Shown: positions 10,476-19,309 of the stretch, piece after piece
Numbering within the stretch: the stretch's first letter is position 1
How the letters are laid out: every line of letters starts with the position of its first letter
Source: an uncultured Candidatus Saccharibacteria bacterium
Lineage (GTDB): Bacteria > Patescibacteriota > Saccharimonadia > Saccharimonadales > Saccharimonadaceae
Length of the DNA: 64,000 nt
Assembly: GCA_963549275.1 (NCBI GenBank)
Contig: CAUUYA010000004.1
Location: 37,697-101,696 of the forward strand
Direction of reading: 5' to 3'
Notes under the pieces: model-generated
What the model was told of the DNA's origin: nothing
The model's input: only the letters and a program-made list of their open reading frames with translations
Databases searched by the model: none
Translations under genes and position numbers: made by a program

Positions 10476-10679
10476 CTAATCTCGCGTCACAAACGGTAGC
10501 AGCGCCAGATGACGCGCCCGCTTTACCTCGCGAGCCAGCATCCGCTGCAATTTAGCACTCAAGCCCGTCTTGGAAATTGGCTCGATTTGGCCGCTCACCG
10601 GACTAATATAGCGCAACAGTGTCTTCACTTCTTTATACGAGAATACTACTGGAGCATCCTTGCGCATTTTTTTTGCCAT
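10476..10679 (-). CDS. rpsR: 30S ribosomal protein S18
   Basis: 'YKEVKTLLRYIS...TGLSAKLQRMLAREVKRARHLALLPF'; rpsF-ssb-rpsR order. Confidence 0.95.
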   Translation of the reverse strand: MAKKMRKDAPVVFSYKEVKTLLRYISPVSGQIEPISKTGLSAKLQRMLAREVKRARHLALLPFVTRD

Positions 10680-10701
10680 ATTTTATAATCCTTTCTAATC
10701 G

Positions 10702-11145
10702 TTAAAATGGGATCTCGCTTAAGTCGATTGGCTTATCGTCGATATCCTCGACGACCACATCTTTGGTGCTAGTCGCTGGCGGCGGTGTCGATGCCGGTGC
10801 ATTACTGTCGTTGCGACCGCCAACAAAGTTGAAGTCTTCGACAACCACCTCGACAGCCGACCGCTTATTACCATCTTTATCTTCGTAGCTACGCTGGTCG
10901 AGCCGACCGCTCACCAAAAGTGGCGCGCCTTTTTTGACATATTGCGAGATAATCTCGCCCGGCTTGCCCCACGCTACGCAGTTAATGAAGCTGGTCTGGT
11001 CTTGCTGCTGGCCGTCTTGGTTGCGCCAACTACGGCTGACCGCCAAACTAAAATTAGCTACGCTCTGGCCGCTCGTCGTTGTTCGTAATTCAACATCGCG
11101 CGTCAGATTTCCCATTAATATTACTTTGTTAAACCCCTTTGCCAT
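10702..11145 (-). CDS. ssb: Single-stranded DNA-binding protein
   Basis: 'NKVILMGNLTRDVELR', OB fold, acidic C-terminal 'DLSEIPF'. Confidence 0.97.
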   Translation of the reverse strand: MAKGFNKVILMGNLTRDVELRTTTSGQSVANFSLAVSRSWRNQDGQQQDQTSFINCVAWGKPGEIISQYVKKGAPLLVSGRLDQRSYEDKDGNKRSAVEVVVEDFNFVGGRNDSNAPASTPPPATSTKDVVVEDIDDKPIDLSEIPF

Positions 11146-11170
11146 GATAGATCTCCCTCCTATTTATGGC

Positions 11171-11524
11171 TTAATCTTCGCCGCTTTCAGTCTCGCGCTC
11201 AGCCGCGCGTTTCTTGGCCTCTGCCAAAGCAGCACGTGCCTTATGATCTATTTTGACCAATAAATATCGAATAACTTCGTCGCTAATATTCAGTGCGTTG
11301 CTAATCTTGAGTGGCGCGTCCGCTGGCAGCTCGACATCCATCGACACATACACCGCAAAATCTTCGCCTTTGATGTTGTAAGCGAGGCGATTTTTGCCCC
11401 AATTGTCCTCAGCCTTAACCGAACCGCCGTTATCGGCGATCAGCTGCTTGACTTTACCAAGCACCGCATCCAAATTCGCCTCCAAATCAGGCCGAATAAG
11501 AACCGTCAGCTCGTATTCTCTCAT
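11171..11524 (-). CDS. rpsF: 30S ribosomal protein S6
   Basis: 'MREYELTVLIRPDL', 'WGKNRLAYNIK', 'VIRYLLVK'. Confidence 0.96.
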   Translation of the reverse strand: MREYELTVLIRPDLEANLDAVLGKVKQLIADNGGSVKAEDNWGKNRLAYNIKGEDFAVYVSMDVELPADAPLKISNALNISDEVIRYLLVKIDHKARAALAEAKKRAAERETESGED

Positions 11525-11601
11525 ACATTACCTCCTTGGTATCCGTACGGATGGTTACGTTGTCTCACGCAACCTTAGGTTTAATATCGCTTAATATTAT
11601 A
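11525..11601 (-). promoter_or_regulatory. rpsF promoter -10 box and structured leader (candidate S6:S18 autoregulatory RNA)
   Basis: TATAAT at 11601-11596; leader hairpins GGTTGCGT/ACGTAACC and ATCCG/CGGAT in front of SD AAGGAGG. Confidence 0.45.
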
Positions 11602-11700
11602 CCCTATCTGCTATGAAAAAGCTAGCTAAAGCCAGCTTCTATACTAGCTCACCACCTCTACGCCAGCCCGTAAGTACGAGGCTTGCTGGTGCCGGCATCA

Positions 11701-11728
11701 AAAATACCTGCCATCAGGCAGGTATTTT
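11701..11728. terminator. Rho-independent terminator, potentially bidirectional
   Basis: AAAATACCTGCC-ATCA-GGCAGGTATTTT just downstream of the 11732..12511 ORF. Confidence 0.85.
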
Positions 11729-11731
11729 ATT

Positions 11732-12511
11732 CTAATTCTTACTTACTTTTTTTGATTCGTCATCACCCCAATTGCTTTTCACAGTCTCAATTACTTTCTG
11801 CACTTCTGCCACTGCGCTATCACCTGTAAAAACATTTCCTATTTCATCACTATCTTCGTATCCGCTCGCACCATCTTTATTATTTACCTCAAGCCCCCAA
11901 TTGTCATCTCCGCCATTGTAAACATTATATTTTAACGTCTCCGGCGTATGTTCTCCGTCTCTGTTAGAGTCCTCATGCGACTGAATTTTACTGACATTAA
12001 CATCAGGCCTTCCTAAGAATTCTTTAACTTCAGACCAATTAACTTTATTATCAGCATTTATTTTATCTAATGCAGACTCATCTTCTGTGCTAAAAACAAA
12101 CCGTGTCGACGTACCAACTCCGCGTTCACCAGAAGATTTAACATCGGTTATGGATATTTCAACATTAGTCCCGCTGCCTTTAGCAGTGTCACCATCTGGA
12201 TCGCCGTCGTATACGTAAAAGCTAGCCATGTTGCCGCCTTCGCCTATAAAATAGCTACCATCATTATCATTAAGATCAGGGTTGCTGTCTTTAATCTCAT
12301 TAACCTTGTCTAAAGCAGTCGTAGCTGCTATACTTGTCGCTTCGCGCATTTGCTCACTATTCATCGCAGGCTTATGTGCCTCATGCCAGATACCAACGGC
12401 TGCTGCAACAGATAGAGCAAGAGCGCCTAGTTTCTTCACGCCACGTTTCAACTTTTCCTTTTTGTCAGGCCGCTCAGCGCCTGCAATAGAACTCTCTTTA
12501 GTTTTATTCAT
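11732..12511 (-). CDS. Hypothetical secreted or membrane-anchored acidic protein
   Basis: 259-aa ORF; basic N-terminus plus hydrophobic segment; AT-richer DNA; TTGACA-like promoter upstream and its own terminator. Confidence 0.75.
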   Translation of the reverse strand: MNKTKESSIAGAERPDKKEKLKRGVKKLGALALSVAAAVGIWHEAHKPAMNSEQMREATSIAATTALDKVNEIKDSNPDLNDNDGSYFIGEGGNMASFYVYDGDPDGDTAKGSGTNVEISITDVKSSGERGVGTSTRFVFSTEDESALDKINADNKVNWSEVKEFLGRPDVNVSKIQSHEDSNRDGEHTPETLKYNVYNGGDDNWGLEVNNKDGASGYEDSDEIGNVFTGDSAVAEVQKVIETVKSNWGDDESKKVSKN

Positions 12512-12633
12512 ATATTTATCGTATCCTTTTCTGTCTATAGACGGTTAATGATGTAAACTGCTTATGATTATACTCCATATTTGATAATTTGTCAATGTTT
12601 TAGCATTACCTAAATAAACAGCCATGCACCACC

Positions 12634-13728
12634 CTACCTAACAAACAGCACAGCCACATGAAAGACGATGAAATATATCGTAGCCAGCACAGCGACAATA
12701 GTACTAACCAACGGCACGTAATTTTTCAAGCGTTTGCCCTGGTCGGCGACAATATCGAGCTGCCGATTGCCAATTCGCTCATCGGCATAATAATCCGTCT
12801 GACTATACAGCTTAGCACCCATGATATTCATGATATGAAATGCTTTCCACACAAATTCCATTTCTTTTGCGTAATCGAATTTATGATAGGCGCTATAAAA
12901 ATATATCTGGTTATCCACTATCTCGACATCGCACCACGTCGCACCATCAATCAACAGCGCCATCAAATCAGGCGTGAAAATATAAAAGGCATCCCGCTCG
13001 TAATCTTTTGGCGCGTACAGCGTAAAGTAATCGTTAAAATTCCCCTCCAAACTAAGCCGCTGGTCAGGATCAATATCGTCCGGCAAATTATTAAAAACTT
13101 TACCAAGTATATTAACATTATCGACCGTTGAATCAAGAATAATATGCGGCAAATTCCGATTCATATCAATCCGCAAATAGCGCCAATAATGATCGCCTCC
13201 GCTACTCTCCGCACGATTTTCTGCATCTTTATGCTCATACCAGCCCATTTGGAAGTTAAGTTTGCCGCCGAGCGTACCGAACAAAACATTGCGCGAAATC
13301 TTATCATAAGCCCACTCTTGATTAAAAATAACGCCGGAGTTATCAGGGTTTTCTACATACGGCATGAAATCAAGCTGATTTAACCCAGCAAATTTACTTA
13401 AAGCTGCCAGCATATATCGTTCGCCAGTCGCCCTTTTTGTATCAACTAAACGTCTGAATTGGTACACAATAAAGATAACAAACGATACAATTACGAGAAT
13501 CTGCATCGGAGCTATCAAAATACGAGTAGCAACAGAGTCCGATGTCGGCACAAAAAGCGTAATTATACCTGAGCCTATCATAAAAATGGTAAAAAGTATG
13601 CTCAGTACTTGTATTAAAACTCCCTCAGGTTTCCGCTCGACATTAAAGTTCTGGTAATACTGCCGAAACCACTGCACCTCAGACTCGGACATTGGCGTAT
13701 ATAACGGTGAAAAATCTAACTGCTTCAT
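12634..13728 (-). CDS. Hypothetical membrane protein (DUF3137-like)
   Basis: Two N-terminal TMs, 'LSLEGNFNDYFTLYAPKDYERDAFYIFTPDLMALL', C-terminal TM. Confidence 0.7.
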   Translation of the reverse strand: MKQLDFSPLYTPMSESEVQWFRQYYQNFNVERKPEGVLIQVLSILFTIFMIGSGIITLFVPTSDSVATRILIAPMQILVIVSFVIFIVYQFRRLVDTKRATGERYMLAALSKFAGLNQLDFMPYVENPDNSGVIFNQEWAYDKISRNVLFGTLGGKLNFQMGWYEHKDAENRAESSGGDHYWRYLRIDMNRNLPHIILDSTVDNVNILGKVFNNLPDDIDPDQRLSLEGNFNDYFTLYAPKDYERDAFYIFTPDLMALLIDGATWCDVEIVDNQIYFYSAYHKFDYAKEMEFVWKAFHIMNIMGAKLYSQTDYYADERIGNRQLDIVADQGKRLKNYVPLVSTIVAVLATIYFIVFHVAVLFVR

Positions 13729-13837
13729 ATAAGTTATTATAGCCCGAACTAACCCAGCCTACTACGGCATTTAATCTTTTTAACCCCTCGCGCCAATCTT
13801 TTTGCAGCCCAAATCAAAATTGTGCTATGATGCTAGA

Positions 13838-14644
13838 ATGCATGTCGCAATCCAGGGCCAAGCTGGTTCTTTTCACGACCAGGCCGTCCGCCAATGGTAC
13901 GGCGCTAGCGCCAAACTCATCCCCTGCACAACGTTTAGCGAAGTTTTCGCCGCCTACGACGATGGTAGTGCCGACGCGATCGTTACAGCGGTCGAAAACA
14001 CCCTATTTGGCAGCATTAACGAAGTTTACCGTTACATCGAGGAATGTAGTGCGCCAATCGTCGGCGAAATCAAGCTGCCCGTCGAGCAAATGCTAATTGG
14101 TTTGCCAAACACCAAAATCAGCGATATTACTGAGGTTTATTCTCACCCGGTAGCTCTTTCTCAATGCCGCTATTTCTTACAGAAACACCTACCGCAAGCA
14201 ACACCAATTGAATTTTTTGATACAGCTGGCGCCGTCGAATTTATCAAGCAAAAAAATTCCCGGCATTGCGCCGCTATCGCCAGCCAGACTGCCGCCGAAT
14301 TATATAATTTGCCAATACTACAGCGTTCCATCCATGACAATCCCGATAATATCACCCGCTTTTTGGTAATTGAACCGTCTAATGCGCCTGCTGATGCTAA
14401 TCGTGCTTCTCTGGTCATCACCACCGACCATCAGCCTGGCGCCCTCGTCGAGGTATTACAGATATTCGCCAAACGCCATATCAATCTCGCCAAATTACAA
14501 TCGCAGCCAATCGTCGGTCAGCCTTGGAAATACAAGTTTTTTATTGTCGTCGACTGCGCTAGACAACCGCTTTACCAAGCTATCCGCGACATCGAGCACA
14601 GCAACCACGAGGTGACTATCCTCGGCGAATATGTCGGTGCTTAG
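13838..14644 (+). CDS. pheA: Prephenate dehydratase with ACT domain
   Basis: 'AIQGQAGSFH', 'VENTLFGSI', 'YSHPVALSQC', 'NITRF', ACT domain 'PGALVEVLQIFAKRHINLAKLQSQP'. Confidence 0.92.
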   Translation: MHVAIQGQAGSFHDQAVRQWYGASAKLIPCTTFSEVFAAYDDGSADAIVTAVENTLFGSINEVYRYIEECSAPIVGEIKLPVEQMLIGLPNTKISDITEVYSHPVALSQCRYFLQKHLPQATPIEFFDTAGAVEFIKQKNSRHCAAIASQTAAELYNLPILQRSIHDNPDNITRFLVIEPSNAPADANRASLVITTDHQPGALVEVLQIFAKRHINLAKLQSQPIVGQPWKYKFFIVVDCARQPLYQAIRDIEHSNHEVTILGEYVGA

Positions 14645-14649
14645 TAATC

Positions 14650-16908
14650 CTAGAAATCACCGCCAGCGCTAATCTCGTCCACGCTAGATATCAATACCTC
14701 GCGCGGCCGCGAACCATCAGCTGGACCAATAATTCCTTGCTCTTCCATTTCTTCAATGATCCGTGCTGCTCGCGAGTAGCCGATTCGTAGCTTCCGCTGC
14801 AATAACGACGTCGAGGCTTTGCGCATCTGCACTACCACTTGCACTGCATCTTTGAACATATCGTCGCCACTATTACCACCGAAGTCCATCACTACGCCGC
14901 CCTTACCGTTTAGCTGCACTGGCTGGCTAACGATTTCATCATTGTACTGAGGCGGCGCCTGCATCCGCAGCTGATCAGTAATTTTGTTCACCTCGCTGTC
15001 CATCACCCAAGCGCCCTGAATACGCTTCGGCTTCGGCATACTAGCAGTTTTGATCAGCATGTCTCCTTGGCCCAGCAATTTCTCGGCGCCAGCCTGGTCG
15101 AGAATTGTCTGGCTATCGGTCTGGCTGGCCACTGTAAAGGCAATTCGCGCCGGCACATTTGCCTTGATGAGACCGGTAATCACATCAACGCTCGGACGCT
15201 GCGTCGCTAGCACCAGATGAATACCAACCGCTCGCGCCTTCTGCGCCAAACGAACAATTAAGCCCTCGACATCGCGCTTGGCTACCATCATCAGATCAGC
15301 CATCTCGTCAATCACAATCACAATATACGGCATGGTACCCTCATCGACTTGCTGTACATTGCCTTTTTCATCGGCAACGCCAATTTTCTTACCTTTTGCC
15401 TTAGCTCGTTCATTATAAGTTTTGATATCGCGCACCCGCTCTTCGGCTAGCAAGCTATAACGACGTTCCATCTCGTTAACCGCCCACTTTAGCGCGCTCA
15501 TTGTCTTCTCCGGCTCGACAATCACCGGCGTCAACAGGTGCGGAATATCCTGATACGGCGCCATCTCGACCTGCTTCGGGTCGACAAGAATCAACTTCAT
15601 GTCGCTCGGCGCGTTGCGGTAAAGCAAACTACTTAGCAGCGTATTAATCATCACCGATTTACCAGAGCCTGTCTGTCCGGCGACCAGCAAGTGCGGCATT
15701 TTGTTAAGTTCGCCGACAAACGGCAGTCCTGAAATGTCTTTACCAATCGCAAAACTCAGCGGCTCTTTGCGGCGGCGCCATTCAGCGCTCTCGAGGATTG
15801 AACGGATACGTACGTCAGCCGCTTTCTTGTTTGGCACTTCGATACCGACAGCTTTTTTACCTGGAATCGGCGCTTCCATGCGCAAGCTCGACGCCGCCAA
15901 ATTCAGCGCAATATTGGTTTCTAGCGCTGTAATCTTGCTCAACTTGATGCCCGCCGGCGGACGCAGCGTATACTGAGTCACTTTCGGGCCGATATTAGCG
16001 CCTTCCATATCGACATTAATGTTAAATTCACGCAAAGTATCTTGGATAATGCGCGCGTTCTGCTTGATATCGCCCGCATCAGCTGGCGCTTCCTTCTTCT
16101 CTAGCAAATCAAGGCTCGGAAATTGCCAGTTCGGGTCGCTAACCGCCAGCATCGCCATTTTGTCGTCGCGATCGGCTTCGGCTTTTTTATCCTGCGGTTT
16201 ATTCTTAAGCTTGGCATTTTGCTTACTATCATCTTGCGACACCGTCGGCACACCTTCATTAAGCTTGAAATCATCCATCTTGCCGTGATCATCCTCGGCA
16301 GCTTTGCGCATAACCTGGACATTAGCTTCGTTCTCTGCCTTTTCGTTGCTAGCTACTGCTGTCTTGAACATCTCTGCGATATCGCTAAACCGCATTTGCA
16401 ACACAAACAAGAGCGTAATCGCAATCAGCAAAATATAAATAAAAACACCGACTGGTATATTGACCAGTGACAAGACGACCGAATTCAAACCATCGCCAAC
16501 AACACCGCCAGTCGACGGCGCACCCTTTTCGCGAAATAACCCGAGCAAACCGCTGAACCAAACAACCATCAAAATTGAGGCAAATTTCATCACTACCGGT
16601 AATCGGTTGTTCTCGGCGCCAAATATTCTAATCGCTACATACAAGCCAATAAACGGCACTGTATAAACCGCCCAGCCAATTACACGTTTAGACACTTCTA
16701 GCATCTGGTTAAGCAGCGGACCGCCCGCCCGAAACCACGATACCACCAGCAGTACCGATAGCGCCATCAATAGCACCGCCGCAACTTGCGGCCAAAACCC
16801 AGAGGGTACTTCATGCTGCGGTGCTGGTGCTTTCGCTGCTTTGCTAGCGCGTGCTGTACGAGTTGTTTTAGTCGATTTTCGAGTTCGCGTCGTCTTTTTC
16901 TTTGCCAT
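14650..16908 (-). CDS. ftsK: DNA translocase FtsK/SpoIIIE
   Basis: Four N-terminal TMs, 'PHLLVAGQTGSGKS', 'LATQRPSVDVITGLIKAN', gamma domain 'LLQRKLRIGYSRAARI'. Confidence 0.96.
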   Translation of the reverse strand: MAKKKTTRTRKSTKTTRTARASKAAKAPAPQHEVPSGFWPQVAAVLLMALSVLLVVSWFRAGGPLLNQMLEVSKRVIGWAVYTVPFIGLYVAIRIFGAENNRLPVVMKFASILMVVWFSGLLGLFREKGAPSTGGVVGDGLNSVVLSLVNIPVGVFIYILLIAITLLFVLQMRFSDIAEMFKTAVASNEKAENEANVQVMRKAAEDDHGKMDDFKLNEGVPTVSQDDSKQNAKLKNKPQDKKAEADRDDKMAMLAVSDPNWQFPSLDLLEKKEAPADAGDIKQNARIIQDTLREFNINVDMEGANIGPKVTQYTLRPPAGIKLSKITALETNIALNLAASSLRMEAPIPGKKAVGIEVPNKKAADVRIRSILESAEWRRRKEPLSFAIGKDISGLPFVGELNKMPHLLVAGQTGSGKSVMINTLLSSLLYRNAPSDMKLILVDPKQVEMAPYQDIPHLLTPVIVEPEKTMSALKWAVNEMERRYSLLAEERVRDIKTYNERAKAKGKKIGVADEKGNVQQVDEGTMPYIVIVIDEMADLMMVAKRDVEGLIVRLAQKARAVGIHLVLATQRPSVDVITGLIKANVPARIAFTVASQTDSQTILDQAGAEKLLGQGDMLIKTASMPKPKRIQGAWVMDSEVNKITDQLRMQAPPQYNDEIVSQPVQLNGKGGVVMDFGGNSGDDMFKDAVQVVVQMRKASTSLLQRKLRIGYSRAARIIEEMEEQGIIGPADGSRPREVLISSVDEISAGGDF

Positions 16909-16996
16909 AACCGTTACCTATTGTACTCTGTTTATATCTAAAAGGGTATACTACTATTGTAGCATAAATTACTACAAAAAGCAATAGCGCTATCTG

Positions 16997-19114
16997 TTAG
17001 TACGAGCGGCTGTCTGAGCGGTCGCGCGGCACTACTGTCTCGGTATCAGGAGTCTGTTTGCGCGGGAAACGCTTGCCTGACGGCTGCGGCATCAACGGCT
17101 GGCCAGCAGATTTAGCTTGCGGGGCGCGGCCGTGCGCTTTCGCTGCGCCGCCAACTTCATTAACTACTGGAATGACAATCGGCGTTCGCCGCGTCTGATC
17201 ATACAAAATATGCGTTACTTCGTCTTTGATTTCTTTTTTGACCACCTCTATGTCATACTTACCAGAGAAACTGCGCGCCGCTTTCTGCTTGAGATATTGG
17301 CGAATCATTCCCATTAGCTCTTCATTATCGCGCATGTAAATAAACCCGCGGCTGATAATGTCTGGACTAGTCAAGAGCCGCCCCGTACCGCGCTGAACCG
17401 TCAATATGACTATAAATATACCTTCTTGACTCATGTGGATACGGTCTTTGAGCACCACTTCGCTGACTACCGCGCCGGCATCATCATACATCGTACCGCC
17501 AGAGTGAACAATGCGGCCAATTTTGTGCGCGCCATCGCTAGTAAACTCAATAATATCGCCTGGATCACAAACAAATATATTTTGCCGCGGAATACTGCAT
17601 TCTTTCTCGGCCAAGCGTGCATTATGCACTAGCATATGAAACTCGCCGTGATTTGGCAGATAATACTTCGGTTTGACCGCATTAATCACCCGCACGTGGT
17701 CATCGTAATAGCCGTGACCCGATAGGTGCAGCGGCCCGATACCAGTTAGGTGTGTTTTGCCATTTTGAATAATCTCACCGCCCTCGCGCATCAGGCCATC
17801 AACTGTCCGCACTACGTATTTTTCATTGCCAGGAATTGGATTCGAACTCAGCACCACCACATCCGAACCTTTAATTTTAACGTATTTGTGTGCCCCCGTC
17901 GCCATCCGATTGAGTACCGCATTGAACTCGCCTTGGCTGCCAGTACAGACGATTGTTATCTTGTTATCAGGCAATTTAATCAAATCTTCCATCTTAACGA
18001 CGGTGTCTTTCGGAACTTTAATCACGCCCGAACGCAGCGCCACCTCTAGGTTCTGAATCATACTAAAGCCAGCGAACGCCACTTTGCGGTCATGCTTTTT
18101 CGCTTCCTCGAGAAGTAGCTGAATTCGATGCAGCTGGCTAGAAAAGCTACTGACAATAATCCGGCTCTTCGACCATTTATCCATCACCTCGCCCATGCTA
18201 TGCTGAATGTCAAATTCGCCGTGCGTATGCGTACCGTCGCTTTCACAGTTAGTCGACTCGTTCATAAACAGCAAGAAGCCTTCTTTCTCAGCGATTTCGC
18301 TAATCCGATTGAAATCGAATCTCTTGCCATCGACCGGATTTTCTTCAATACGCCAGTCGCCGCTCGAGAGGATATTACCAACTGGCGTCCGCACCACCAC
18401 GGCAGCTGCATCTGGAATCGAGTGATTAACGCGTACCAGCTCAACGCTAAATGAATCACAAAGTTGTACAGTATCATGATTTTCTGGATTTAATTCGTGG
18501 TATTCTGGCGTGAAAGCGCCGTCTGTCTCTTCCATCGTCCGCTGCAGCATGCCAAGCGTGAACTTCGTGCCATAAACTGGTGCTGGCAATTTCGGGATGA
18601 TATGCCGAAATGCGCCAATGTGGTCGAGATGGCCGTGCGTAAAGACGTGCGCTCGAATCCGATGCTTATTTTCTTCCAGCCACTGAGTATCAGGAATTAT
18701 ATAATTTATACCCGGATAATCGCTGCCTGGAAATAGAAATCCCATGTCAATGACGATGATATCGTTGTCGTATTCGATAGCCGTCATGTTCTTACCAATA
18801 CCCATCTCGCCAACACCGCCAATCGGAATCACCTTCAGTGTTGGCCGCGGCGCCCGCGGACGTTTCGGCTGGTCCTTCAAGCTAAATTGCTTGCCGCCAT
18901 AGCCGTTATATACCGACTTGTTGACCGGCACATTAATCAGATGTTGACTAGCCTGCGCATTCACACCTTCCGACATCCGCCGCTGTGCCCGAAAGACTTC
19001 GCCTTTGCGCGTAGTTGTCGCGTTCAGCACTGTGTTATTTGATTTTTGTTTAGCCTGCAAAGGGCGCTTACTCGTGTCATCGCCTTTGGGGTTTGCCAGT
19101 CGCCGCTGACCCAT
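16997..19114 (-). CDS. rnj: Ribonuclease J
   Basis: 'GGVGEMGIGKNM', HxHxDH (THGHLDH), 'HSIPD', 'HLSGH', 'HGEF'. Confidence 0.95.
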   Translation of the reverse strand: MGQRRLANPKGDDTSKRPLQAKQKSNNTVLNATTTRKGEVFRAQRRMSEGVNAQASQHLINVPVNKSVYNGYGGKQFSLKDQPKRPRAPRPTLKVIPIGGVGEMGIGKNMTAIEYDNDIIVIDMGFLFPGSDYPGINYIIPDTQWLEENKHRIRAHVFTHGHLDHIGAFRHIIPKLPAPVYGTKFTLGMLQRTMEETDGAFTPEYHELNPENHDTVQLCDSFSVELVRVNHSIPDAAAVVVRTPVGNILSSGDWRIEENPVDGKRFDFNRISEIAEKEGFLLFMNESTNCESDGTHTHGEFDIQHSMGEVMDKWSKSRIIVSSFSSQLHRIQLLLEEAKKHDRKVAFAGFSMIQNLEVALRSGVIKVPKDTVVKMEDLIKLPDNKITIVCTGSQGEFNAVLNRMATGAHKYVKIKGSDVVVLSSNPIPGNEKYVVRTVDGLMREGGEIIQNGKTHLTGIGPLHLSGHGYYDDHVRVINAVKPKYYLPNHGEFHMLVHNARLAEKECSIPRQNIFVCDPGDIIEFTSDGAHKIGRIVHSGGTMYDDAGAVVSEVVLKDRIHMSQEGIFIVILTVQRGTGRLLTSPDIISRGFIYMRDNEELMGMIRQYLKQKAARSFSGKYDIEVVKKEIKDEVTHILYDQTRRTPIVIPVVNEVGGAAKAHGRAPQAKSAGQPLMPQPSGKRFPRKQTPDTETVVPRDRSDSRSY

Positions 19115-19251
19115 ATTGTTATACTCCTTTTTTATTACAATAATCTAAAAACCAGGTAGAGAGGTGCTTTTATTCGCTAGAAATCCCTCTCGTTAGTAGC
19201 TTTATTTTAGCAAACTGCCCGTATTTTGTCAAAAATGACCGCGTATCAACC

Positions 19252-19290
19252 AAAATGCCAGCGCCGTTTCCCTAAAGACGCTGGCATTTT
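19252..19290. terminator. Rho-independent terminator after the Pip-like gene
   Basis: AAAATGCCAGCG...CGCTGGCATTTT inverted repeat. Confidence 0.75.
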
Positions 19291-19309
19291 CTAAAAGCTT
19301 CAAAGAGGA

